This document shows positions 9,376 through 21,617 of a stretch of 29,850 nt of DNA, in pieces. A program made the position numbers and the translations under genes. Within the stretch, counting starts at the first letter, position 1, and each line of letters begins with the position of its first letter. Source of the stretch: Spongospora subterranea f. sp. subterranea (lineage: Eukaryota); NCBI GenBank assembly GCA_049724395.1, contig JAUGWO010000017.1, positions 62,001 to 91,850 of the forward strand, written 5' to 3'. The notes below the pieces were generated by a model. The model made no database searches. It had not been told where the DNA came from and was given only the letters and a program-made list of their open reading frames with translations.

Positions 9376-12300
9376 TGGGAAAGAATCTGGCGCTTTTACT
9401 CGACGATCTTTGTCAGCCCATATCTGACTTTCATATTTTTGTTACTAACGGCCAGAAGCTGACATGCAGTCGGAAGCTCTGTCTTGATGTTTCGGTTGTC
9501 ACAAATTCTGGACCAATGAAGCTGCGCGACCACACCATATATGTTGTTGACAGCTCGATGCCTGAAGCTCTTTTGGGTCGTCCTTATCTCAAGCAGTTGG
9601 GCATAGACATTGAACAGCAACTTCGTTCACTGGCTAATGCGGTTTGTGATGAATTTGACTCGTTAGCTCCAGAAGATGCTTCTGAACTTATTGACGATGT
9701 TGTCCAAGCATTTACGTCGCGCTTGTCCCAGTGCACCGAAAATGGAGCTTCTTCTCACTTTGTCAAGGAGCTTGATCTTTTGATTTCACAATTTCATGAT
9801 ATTTTCCGATGCCAGTTGGGTCGGGATTTACGCAGGTGGATCCACTGGAATTACGGTTGAAACCAGGTGCTATCCCGGTTTTTGCTAAGCCCCGTCGTAT
9901 GTCGCGAGTGGCTGAAGAGTTCTTGAAGGCTGGACATCAAAGTTGGAATCCAGTCAATTAGTTTTTCGAAATAATTCATCCCAATGGGCTTTACCGGCTT
10001 TTGTGGTTAATCCTTTTACCAATCCGCGAATGGTCATCGATATGGTTCCAGCGAACCGAGTTATGGTGCGGTATCAATATCCTATGCCTTATCTCCATAC
10101 ATATGGCAGTTATTTAGCTGGATCAACCGTTTTCTTTACCCTAGATGCCTTCAAAGAATACTGGCAATTCCCGGTTTCTGGGGATGTTGACTGCCAAAGT
10201 TTCATCACTCCCACCGGAATTTATACTCCCAATCGCATAAGTCAGGGCAATTGCAACGGCGTACTTGCCTTCCAGAGGGGCATGTCTACTATATTTGAAG
10301 GATTGATCCCGAATCGGCTACTATTTTGGCTTGACGATGTTTTGGGATACGCGGCTAACGAAGCTGAGCTTTTAGTCCTTCTAAAAACCGTTTTCGGACG
10401 CTGCCGGCTTTTCAACCTCAAGTTAAGTGCGTTAAAATGCCATTTCTTTCTGAAGGAAGCTTTCTGGTGTGGCAAGCTTTATTCTGCTAAAGGTTATGAC
10501 ATTGATAATCGCTTATCTGCTTCAATCAGCTTTGATAAACCCGTTACTGCTGCCCATTTATCACAATTTGTCTGCGCGGTGACTTGGATTGCTGACACCA
10601 TTCCAAATTTCGCAAAGATTATCTCTCCCCTTCGCCAACTCCTCGAAGTTGGTCTTTCATAAGTGTCTGTTCGATCAAAGAAATTTGCTTCCCGAATATT
10701 ATTATCCGAGGTTGGATGGTCTAATGAACACGATGATGTTTTTGAGGGTGTAGTCGATGCTATGAAGAAAGCTGTAACCTCATCATTTCCTAGGCTAGGC
10801 TGGACTCCTTGCTTATTCACTGATGCTAGTAAAGACTTATTCATGATCGCTATCACGCAAATACCGCCTGAAGATATTGGTGCTCATTTTTCTAAGCAGA
10901 AACACGAGCCGTTGGCGTTCCATAGTGGTGCTTTTAAAGGGTCTGCTGCAAATTGGTCTGTTCCAGAAAAAGAAGCTTATCCCATTCAAACGCGGTTAAA
11001 CGTTTTGTGCATTGGTTCCCATGCCTTCCGAATCTTCACTGACCATAAGAATCTAGTTTTCCTGTATGGTCCTACTTCTGTTGCTGTTTTATTTACATCG
11101 ACATTCCATCGACAAATCCATCGTTGGAGGCTGAACCTTGACGGCAAGCACTATGTCATCGGGTCCATCCCCGGCAACGAGAATGTTTGGGCAGATATGG
11201 GCTCAAGGTGGGCGAATTGTTATTATAACCGAAAAGCAAAGTTTAACCAAGTATATCGAGTATCCGTTGCTACTCCATCTACACCGGGAATTGTTCAACC
11301 GTTACAACAGCCTGATTTCGTTTAGCCTTCTTTGGCTGAAATTGATCAATCCAACAGGAGAACGAAATCGAAATGACTTCGAACAAGGCTGTTAAATCGG
11401 ATGAAGGACTGTATATTATTCCTGAATCGAAATTGATATGTGTACCCTCTTCAGCCATCAATCTCAAATTCCGTTTACTTGTAATTGCTCATTGTGGGAG
11501 TGCCGGGCACCAAGGAATAGTATCTTCGTTCAATGCTCTGAAGGTACGATTTTATTGGCAAAAACTTTTCGAAGATGTTACAACTTTTTGCAAGAACTGT
11601 CTCCACTGTACTACGAATCGAGGAGGTAATGTTATCCCTCGATCATTTGGCCGCGCCATTCATGCATCGCAACAAAGTAATTCATTTTGATCTCATTCAT
11701 ATGGGACATTCTAATTCCAAAGGATTCCGAAATATTTTGGTTATACGAGACGATCTGTCAGCATTTTGTAGACTTTTGGAGGAAACGGCAGCTTTTGTGG
11801 CGGAGTCTCTATTTGATTGGTTTACCAGGTATGGAGTTGCTTATACCTGGGTATCGGATCGAGGATCGCATTTCCTGAAAAACGTCATTGAGGAACTATG
11901 TCTTTCGTTACATGCGAAACACCATTTTACACTGGCCTATTGCTCTTGGTCCAATGGGACTGTTGAGGTAATCAATGTTCATCTTTTGCAAGTTATGAGA
12001 TCACTTCTGTCCGAATTCCTGCTTCCTTTCTCCGATTGGCCTTCTCTTCTTCCACTGATTCGTTTCAGTTTGAATCATTATCAACCTAAGGATCGCCCAG
12101 CCGCAATAACGCTATTCACTGGTATGAATCCAAGTTCCCCTCTTGATGCTATTTGGCATGTGACAAAGTTCCTCAAGAAACTTTTTCCTCGCAGCTCTGG
12201 CCGATTTAATTGACACGCTGCATCATCAAATGAAATTCATGCATAAAGACATCGAGCACCAGCGCAACTTACGCAGAGAAGTTACAAACGTTCGACGACG

Positions 12301-12750
12301 GGCTATATTGCCCAATTTTGCAATAGGTGATTATGTTTTAGTTACTAACACTACTCACTATACCGGCTCTAAGTTGTCGACTCGTTGCGTTGGGCCTCAT
12401 CAAATTATCGGTGTTGTATCAGATTACATCTTCAAAGTTGAAATCTTGGTAACCAAGATTGCCTCAGAATTTCATTGCAGCAGGCTCCGTTTTTATTGTG
12501 GTTCAACCTGCACGTTACTGAAGAAGTACTTCAGCAAGTCGCTCATGATGGAGCCGGATTCGAGATCGAAGCGCTGGCAGATAGTCGGTTCAACAACGAT
12601 TTGAAAGCCTGGGAGGTGTTAACAAAATGGAAAGGTTTTGAAAAAGATACCTTAAATTCATGGGAACCACTTTCCCATCTTTATACGGAATGTCCTGTTC
12701 ATATTGCGGAACGTAATTTCTGCATTATCTGCAAAAGCCTCGGACCCAGA
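9336..12750 (+). pseudogene. pol: pol: aspartic protease, RT, RNase H, integrase, chromodomain (multiple stops and frameshifts)
   Basis: VDDGAD..ALLGRPYL (PR); TLDAFKEYWQ and FWLDDVL (RT); LFTDAS, EKEAYP, FTDHKNL (RH); IAHCGSAGH..CKNCLHC, SDRGSHF, SNGTVE, GPHQI (IN); FEIEAL..WEVLTKWKGF..SWEP (chromodomain). In-frame stops at 10660 and 11323. Confidence 0.95.
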
Positions 12751-13359
12751 CTTTCCAATTTGTTGAACGTTCCTGTTCAACGACAGAAATTGGCCGGGAT
12801 TTTGATGACAAGAACTGCATGCCATTCAGAAGCATATTTCAATGAAATGTTATCCCTGCACTGTAACTAAGCAACAAATATCAAGTTCGGTCTCACCTTC
12901 ACCTTTGGATCTTCGCCACATGCAAAAGAGCAGCAGCGTCTTGAAAATATTTCTGGACGCTGGCCTGGGTCTTATGCCTAGCAGATAGCATTATCTGTTC
13001 GATCTGGCCGCCACCCCATATTGCCATGAGGTACCCTGTCTTCCTCAAAGTGTGTGCAAGGCCCTCGTCTGCCGATAACTGTTCGAAACAGAGTCTTGCA
13101 CTCCGCTAATCTCTGCGCGTGTCCGGGATCGATCGATGTCGAGCGAGGGCGAGGCTAGTGAATGGTTGGAGTCGGCTGCCACCGACGGTGGTAGTGAATG
13201 GAAACGGGGTGTATTTATCTGCGAAGAAACACCTGACTTAATAATCTGGCAACCGACTACCAACCAAGACGTAAGTAAGTCATTGTTATTTGTAAATCTA
13301 GGGAATCTGCGGACTCCCGAATTGTAAAATGAGAAAAATTTTCTGGATCATTATACGAG

Positions 13360-13541
13360 TGTTAGGTCCCCCACACCAGTCAATAAATATCTATCCATAT
13401 TACATATCTACGATCTGAGTCTTCGGGCTCAGATCGTATTATTAGTTCTAGTAAAGCACCACGTTTAGCCTCAGCCTCTGTTAGTTCCTTCTATCTAGTT
13501 TTAGCTTAAGCCCTATAGTTCGTTCCGTCCAGGTCATTACA
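13360..13541. mobile_element. Solo LTR (182 bp) inserted in the 5' UTR of LINE copy A
   Basis: TGTTA...TTACA ends. 5-bp TSD ACGAG (13355-13359) / ACGGG (13542-13546). The segment is absent from the homologous site in copy D (~23770). Confidence 0.85.
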
Positions 13542-14066
13542 ACGGGTATGCTTTATAGCTGCTCAACCGTTAAACGCTTAATTGCAACCGTCACAAAAAG
13601 AAGTTTCAAAAATTACAGCTTGAAAGTCACAATAAAATGTTCAAAAGACAAAGATAAAAGTATAATTATAACCGATAAACATCAGACTATGAAACAAAAG
13701 ATAATTAACAAACCATCCAAAACACGAGAACAACACAATAAACCTAGATACACACAGCATGATAAAACAGCATACAGACAATCAGCTTGGCAAACTGATG
13801 ACTACAAAAACAAATAAAACTAACTCGCCAGCCAAAACGGAGGAACTACAAAATAAACCTAGACACACACAGCATGTTAAGCTACATACAAACGATCAGA
13901 CTATACAGTTACACTTCATGGGCGCATCTAAGACATTAAATCAAATAGCACAACTACACAATGTAAGCAGACACCCGAAAAAAATAAGAAATAAAATAAC
14001 AAAACCGAAACGGAAAATTACAAGCAAAAAGCCCCGAAAGTCCGCAGCGAACCTCACAAGCCATTC

Positions 14067-14964
14067 ATGGATCGCCAAGGCAACAAAACCAGCGGCATGG
14101 AACTAGATACTAACGAAACGAGTAACGCTACGCCCCACATAGAGAAAAGGCAACGAATAGAAGTCCCAACAAAGACAACGCTTCAAGCAACAAAAAAACA
14201 GAGAGGAAGCATGGCAAGCAATAACGCAGCCAAGTACATAGCCCCAAATGAAAGTAACTACCGACAAGCAATACTAACAGCGAAGGATATGGCCAAACTG
14301 ATGATCACCATAGATGAACAGATCCCATGGTATAATCGATACCCAAAGAAAACCTTGAACCCAAAGGGGAAAACACAATTATCTTCCGAAACCTGCAGAA
14401 AGGTAAAACAACGTCAACGCAACGAAATTCGATAAACACATTGAACAATCTACAGGTCAATACCTTCACCTCAAAAACGTCACCGCATTCCAAGGACAGC
14501 AGTGCAGACCGGACAAAAGGGAAAAAACGGACATGGACCGGCAACTGTTCATATATGGCATCCCAGAATGGGTCGTTATATCAGGACAGATATATACTGC
14601 CATCAAGGGGCACAGGCCTGCAAAAGCCACGTACATCGGCAATAACACGACTGTTGTCACATTTCAAATACCGAGCCATGCCGACGAAGCGATCGCAGAA
14701 GGCATGGTTTGTCACAATGTTTCCGACTTGGATGCGAACAAAAAGACTTCTGCGGGCAAAAGCGCTGTGGAAAATGTGGGAACACTGGCCACCAATCAAA
14801 AACATGCAAGAGCAATACCACCAAATGCGTCACATGCGATCAGGAAGGACACGAACATAAGCAATGCCCACAAAAGATCGAATACTACATGGAGCAATGA
14901 CCAAACTAGAGCAGGAAGCAATCAGATCAATACACGCACTAAGAGAATTCGGGGAATGTTTGTA
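14067..14964 (+). pseudogene. LINE ORF1, gag-like with zinc knuckles (frameshifted)
   Basis: CGKCGNTGHQSKTC and CVTCDQEGHEHKQC (CX2CX4HX4C) plus a degenerate first knuckle. Probable end TAA-TAA lies immediately before the ORF2 ATG at 14969. Confidence 0.8.
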
Positions 14965-14968
14965 ATAA

Positions 14969-17900
14969 ATGCCCACGAGAAACAGAACAGAACAGGAGGG
15001 AATAGTATTGGACTATATAACACGTGTAGCCTTACAATTGATAACAACAAATATGTATATTTTTAAAGATGTAATTGGTATAGGTAACTGCGCATTCGAA
15101 GCAATTCGAACGTCAGGAGCAATACCAGACATTACTGTACAGCAATTACGTAGAAAAATATGTGACTATGCCAGAAACCCAAAACGCAAGGAAGAACCAT
15201 AGCGACAAAAATATTGAACTACGCTGGATCAGTACCCAATATTGAAAATTTTACTCTGGAAGAATATCTAGACATAATGGAACAGGACCGGCAATGGGCT
15301 GGATTGTTCGAGTTTACAATAGCAGCTTTTATATATAAAATCACTAAAATCATAATCAGTCAGGCAACACAATCACTGACCACTGATATACAGAAATGGA
15401 TAGAATCGTCTTTACCAAATTTACGAGACAGCGTTGATTGGAAGAGCACGATACATGTTTTGCACCACATGCATGGAAAACCATCAACACCGATGGGACA
15501 TAGTAGACTAACCATTATGGGACCCTATTTCCAATCGAGGAAGACACCTTGATCAATAGTAACATAGCATCAACACATGATCAGTGTGAGAAATACGGTA
15601 ACAAATACATAGAGAAACAACAATACTGGACAGGAGATGGACCGAAACAGGTATCGTTAAAGATAACTGACAGCGAATCACTGACCAACACAGCTGAAAC
15701 ACCAGCGACATCACCAACTCAGCCAGGCAAATGTCTGCGAACTGGGGAGAACGAACTAGACGCACAAAATACTGACACCAAAAAACATGACCAACAAACT
15801 ACTGCAAAAACTGGAAAAGCTTAGCATTGTCACAAGCGACACCAACAAACTTCCACAACATCTGAAAACTAGAGAGAATAACTCAATCCAACTTTTACAC
15901 CAATACCATGATGTGCATAATAGCAACGTCAACATTTCCGGTAACTTTGGAAAAAAAGACAATGAACAAACGGACCAAGAGGAAATACTACAAAAAATGG
16001 AAGAGATAAGGATCACCAAAAAATATTCTAACAACAATGCCTCAACCAAACCAAAAAGCCAAATAAAAATAACACAATGTTTTCAGCGCATTAATGTTGA
16101 AGCGAAACAAGTAAAGAATAATAGAAATTTGATTATAGCACAATGGAACGCATGCTCACTAAGCGAGGAGAAGGCAACCGAACTGGAATACTTTGCGAGC
16201 AACCACCTAATAGATGTAATATGTGTTTCAGAACTGAAACATCGACGTAATAATCATGGATTCCCACACTACGAATGTGATGTTCGATACACACAATCAG
16301 GAATATTTTGGCGAGAACAGGTCAAAATAGAGAAACTATATCCACCGGCAATTCAATGTTTTGGACAATTCGCTATTACAACACAAGTTGTCAAATTATA
16401 CAGCGAAATGATACTGATACACACATATATCCCACCCGATATAGACAGACAAACTAGAACAGCATATTGGAAACAGGTTGAAATCTTCGCAGAGACAAAG
16501 AAAGAGTCGATTCTCATTACAGGAGATTAAATACTAGAGATAAGAGATTTGAGACAAACCATACGGAATACCACACATACCTAGACGGAATGTTAGAGGA
16601 GTTCAGAATTATGGACAATCCGGAAATTCCAACCAGAGAGAACAACACACTGGATATCACATTGGCGAATAGGAAAATGGCAAAACAGATTGTAAACTTC
16701 AAAGTCCACACAGACTTGAGCAGTGATTATCTTTCTACGACAATCGAAACTAGCATTAGAGGAAAAACGAAAAACAAATTACCGATTGATAAAAAAAGAG
16801 TCAAAAAACTCGACAACAGATCCACAGCAAAGGCACTAGTGACAACCATCGAAAAACAATTAGATCATGCAATGGGACTGTCCAAATTCACTGCAATGCT
16901 AAAACAAAGTATTAAATATCGATACGTTAGAGTGACCAGGTGCAGGTTCTGGAACAAACAGCTGAAGGCGGCACTTAAACTAAGAAACAAATACAGACGC
17001 AAATTCCTCATAGCGATTCGCTCCAAAACAGCTGAAGCGCAAATTATAAAGAGAAAAGAAGCACTAAACAATGCAGCAATAGAATTTAAGAAACTATATA
17101 TCAAAGCCAAAAACAAACATCTAACAAATACGGTCAAAACAGCATGTGAGGATAAGACAGGAGCACAAATTTGGAGCCTGATGAAACAGATCCGCCCACA
17201 AACAAACAAAAGAAGAAAGAAGCATACGAAACCTTCCCCAATGAAGCAAAAGAAGAGGTGGAAAACATCGCCGCGAAATTTGAAAAAATGTATAGTGCAC
17301 CAGATCTTGAATTGACTGAAATAGAAAAATGAAGCACGAGTTACTCCTGGCAGAATTATTGAAAGAACGACTGGAAACACCAACAGCAAATATCACTATC
17401 AGAGAATTAGAAAGAGCAGTCAAAAAAGCCAACAGCAAGTCTGCTGGAGGAATTGATGAAATCCCCAATAGCCTAATTAAACACATGTGCACTAATCACA
17501 TAATCAAGGAAACATTTCCAAAGACAATCAATACCGACATCATGACATTGGGTACTTTCAACAGGAAATGAAGATCGCCAAAATACGGCCACTACCGAAA
17601 GCGAAACCAGGAGAATATCGACCGATATCACTATTGACTAACATGGCAAAGATTGTGGAAGGAATAATTGAACATAGAATAAGACAACAAGCGAGTGAGG
17701 CCATACCAGATAACCAATCAGGATTCGACCAGAGGCGGCACAACACATGCACCAACACTGCGCCATAATGCAGATTAGCAGCGGCAAAAGACCAACAATT
17801 CGCCATGACTGTATACGATTTCATGAAGGCATTCGATAGAGTGCAACGAACACGAGAAAAATGAGTATGACCCATATCTGATATTACTGATTAATGACTG

Positions 17901-19560
17901 GCTAACAAACAGAGTATTTGAGGTGAATTACAGAAACACCAATTCTAAATTACATAGTCAGGAGAATGGTATTCCACAGGGATCCAGTATAAGTGTGTTG
18001 CTGTGGATAATCTACATAAATGACGTCCATATAGAGACTAATAACAGTAATGTATATGTGGATGACACAACACAATGGGATATTGGAGACACAAAACAGG
18101 AAGTACTTACAAAACTGAGAAGTGATAGCACCTAAAACTACAGCAATGGTGTAAAGACAACAGGATTACAATCCAATGGCTCAAAACAAACATTTCTTCA
18201 ACGAATACTCACCCACAGACAAATTAACGATTAATGGACAAACGATCCAGCTAACAAAAACAGTGCAATATCTCGGAGCAACGCTAAACGCTAATACCGA
18301 AAATATCCACTCAACTTTCACGATTGACAACTGACCAACGATATAAGGAAAACTTGTAAATTGGAACGAAAATACCGGATACCACACAGAACATATCAAC
18401 AAATATGTCGAGGATTTTTAGAAGGGAAACTGAACTATTACCTACTCTGGTTGGCAGGAGAAATCAACAAGAACATGAGTAGGACATTGCGACCTTTTGA
18501 GACAGAATATAAGGACTATATGAGAACATATACAGGATGTTTTCAAATCAACACCAATCCCTATATTACATGCAATATCAGGATTCCCACTATTGAGAGA
18601 TAAATCATCACAGAAACAACAATGACAGTACTCGCTGCTCAGGCCAATGGGACATTATTGGGCAGAGAATACAAAAATGGAATGGACAAGGAGATAGATG
18701 GACACCACTTGGAGAAGTATGGAAAGCACTCAGAGATAGAGTGCCAGATGGATTCGAGAACATTCATGCGAAAACAGAGATATCGCCAGACATCCTCGAG
18801 GGACTATATAAGGTTAGATTTCATACAGCAAATAGGAAAAAGCAATCAAGAAACACAAAAAAGGAAAACTATTACCAAAAAACCCAGACATCGAGCTATG
18901 GACAGATGGAAGTCTCGAACGCGATCAGGGTGGAGGCGCAGCAGCACTTCTGAACCAATTGCAAAAGAAAGGGAAAACACGGAAATGACGCAGAGGAGAT
19001 TGAATCAACAGTCAAATTAGGACCGAAAGTGACGTCTCATATAAATGTGAAATTATCGCAATGAACATAGGATGCACATAGCTATTAACCAAGACTATAG
19101 AGGCACAACAATTCAGATTATGACAGATTCCCTGTCATGGATGAACCAGCTAAAATCACTACCGACAAAGCAAAGAAGAATTAACGCCGTCGTTGCCGAA
19201 TGTGCTAAAAAAGCTAACCAACGAGAACCAAATAGATATACACTTTATTGCTCGCCATGTACCAGGATAACCCCATCAGCATGTAACCAACATGGATAAG
19301 AATGAATCTGTGGACCACACAATTCAACCCCCAAAAACTATTAATATCGGAAGGAGCGAAGAGATTGACGAAATCGCCAAACAAGCAATAGAAACAGGAG
19401 ATGAATAGGTCATGATCCGTTCTTGTCGTCATTTAAACTACATTTGAAGAAGGATGAACCCAAAATCGAGACCATTATATTGAACGATGTGTCAAAACAA
19501 GCGCATTCGCTGGTTATCCGGATAGGACACCCTACATGAAGCGACAAACCAACACCTTTG
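14969..19560 (+). pseudogene. LINE ORF2: OTU-like protease, APE endonuclease, reverse transcriptase, RNase H (fragmented)
   Basis: VIGIGNCAFEAI..YLDIM..WAG.FE..NHY (OTU-like); QWNACSL..VSELK, ITGD, TLDITL, SSD (APE); YRPISLL, DFMKAFDRV, GIPQGS, YVDD (RT); LWTDGS, CEIIA, MTDS, IDEIAKQA (RNase H). Confidence 0.92.
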
Positions 19561-19729
19561 AGAAAGCCAGCTCAATCAAAACCTGCTGACCTTGATCATC
19601 TTGTAATTTACCAACGTCACTTTCTCGGCCATTTTCTGAACATCACGAACCAGCTTAAACCAAGGTGCAGCCACACGACCTGACCATATTCCGTCACGAC
19701 AAAAATAGCAACAGAACCAGAACAAGTTG

Positions 19730-21150
19730 TTTCTTGAAATTGGTCTGAAAGTGGTATTGGTCATTCCTCTTCGTATCCACTGTAGATAGTAGTTAAGTTT
19801 GTCTTCAATGAATCCTTCACAAATTTGTTGGAACAGCTTCGTTGGTGATTTGAATTGCCTCAATAGTCTCATTAATTAGCAGCGTCGTCGATGTCGGTTG
19901 CCGGTTCTGTCATTTCAATAAGGATTGTTAATTCGTTGGAAGCTGGACTTGCTAGGAGATTAGCCCCAATGTATTTTATTGTTGTCGCTCTATGGATTTT
20001 GTGATTTCCATCAACCGCTATTTTGTCTGAGTCTGCATGTCTATTAAACAGGAGAAAAGTCTTCACCCATTGTAATTTAATTTTATTGACCTTCCACCAG
20101 TTATATAGTTCACTGCTGCTGTCTCGTAGTTAATCAGCGACCTCTTTCATAGAAGTGCCATGTTCCCATTGTGTAGTGTCGTCAACATATACGTTGGTAC
20201 TGTTCATATTCAATTGTGCATCATAGATATACAATATCCACAGTAGAACATTGATATTTCACCATTGTAGAATTACAATATTCTGCTCATACTGTGGTGA
20301 CTGCACATTTCGAAAAAGCACCTGGTACATTCGGTTCGTTAACCAGTTTTCAATTAACAGTGTTAAATATGGCTCTATTCCCATTCGATTCAATTCTCTA
20401 TCTAGAGTGGCCGTTGGACTCTGTCAAAAGATTTCATGCAGTCGTATAGGATGACAGCAAGATTTTTTGATGCGACAGCAATGGTTGAATTGTGTAGAAG
20501 TCTAAGCAACGCAATGAGAGGTGCTGTGAGCTGCTCTACAGCCAGACTGATTCTTCGGAATGTGCTTTTCTGATTGCAGGCGTAGTCGATGTTCAATGAT
20601 GCTCTCAATTAATTTTGCCAAAGAAGTCAATTGAGATATCGGGCGATATTCACCAGGTTTTTATTTGATAACGGGATGATTATAGCCATCTTCAAGGTTT
20701 CTGGGAATGACCCTTTCACATTGATGTCATTGTTAATCGCTTGACTGATGCTGTCTGCTAATTCATCATTTGCAAATATTTGTTGTAGGAGTTTTGAAGA
20801 GATCCCATCTATTCCAGGAGCTGCTCTCCTTTTCTGCCTTTGTCGCTGCTCTGTCCAGCTCTCTTTTTGTGATATGTGGTGGATGGCTACAAGCCTTTCA
20901 CCGTTTAAGGTCACTGACCAAATGACTGTATTTGTTCCGCCCATCATTGGATAGCTCAAGATCGAGTTGGTTATAACTGGAATTGAAATTCTCGGCGATG
21001 AGAGTTGCTTGTTCAACTGCATGTTAGTTCGAGTATCGCTGAATCAGGATTTTCAGTATCTTCCACGTTGCTGTTCCCGTATTGTCCATAATTGGATCCA
21101 TTGCCAGACTAAGTAAATGTTTGTGTTTGTGATTCTTAAACATGTTTTTT
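19730..21150 (-). mobile_element. Decayed RT fragment of a related, more diverged non-LTR retrotransposon (copy B)
   Basis: AAPGIDGI, PGEYRPISQL..IIEHR, YDCMKSFDRV, YVDD (20178-20189), FQQICEGFIEDKLNYYLQW; collinear with copy A. Confidence 0.85.
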
Positions 21151-21305
21151 AGGTGTGTGTCGAGTTGTTGCATTTGTGGTTTTCACTCGTATGTTCATCG
21201 CCTGCAAATGTGGTATGGTGGAATCTCGTTGACGCGATAGAAGCTGAGCCTCATGAAATACGGTCAGCTCTGTGCTGTTTCACGATTAAAGCGACCAGAA
21301 ATCCG

Positions 21306-21617
21306 TATTGTGAACGCCAACACCGATCGCAGAAGCGGTAATGAGAAACTATCGCAGTTTATTTGTACTTTATAAATGCAAGCTGAAAGATTGTTTTGCT
21401 TTCTCAAACACAAATCCGCTATTTTCTGGCAATATTGAGAGAAAATATATTGTGAACCTAATCAGCAAACACCGATCGCAGAAGCGGTAATGAGAAACTA
21501 TCGCAGTTTATTTGTAAATTATAAATCAAAGCGGAAGGATTGTTTTGCTTCCTCCAACACAAATCCGCTCTTTTCAAAAATATCGGCAATTTGTGGCGAT
21601 ATTGAGAGAAAATATAA
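21306..21617. repeat. Imperfect tandem duplication (~149-bp period) of the 3' end and 3' UTR of the 21519-23297 gene
   Basis: AACACCGATCGCAGAAGCGGTAATGAGAAACTATCGCAGTTTATTTGTA is identical at 21319 and 21468. The left copy has an internal ~21-nt deletion. Confidence 0.9.

Larger units (their letters stand above)
8252..12760 (+). mobile_element. Ty3/gypsy LTR retrotransposon internal region with C-terminal chromodomain; inactivated; LTRs not identified
   Basis: Domain order gag-PR-RT-RH-IN-chromodomain (see sub-features). The 5' end abuts the outer MITE. Confidence 0.95.
13178..19560 (+). mobile_element. Non-LTR retrotransposon copy A: 5' UTR, ORF1 with CCHC knuckles, ORF2 OTU-APE-RT-RNase H; decayed, 3' end missing
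   Basis: Very A-rich sense strand and the domain motifs listed below. The 5' block is shared with copy D (from 23594). The true 5' end may extend further upstream. Confidence 0.92.

Noticed and set aside
12760..13160. 3' LTR of the 8252-12760 gypsy
   Set aside because: No matching 5' copy near 5500-5600 or elsewhere, and no clear PPT or PBS.
13207..13233. Hammerhead ribozyme (GGTGTA...CTGCGA.GAAACACC)
   Set aside because: The core is CUGCGA rather than CUGANGA, and there is no room for stems I and II.
15553..17875. Hydrophobic minus-strand ORFs as membrane proteins
   Set aside because: Antisense shadows of the A-rich LINE ORF2.
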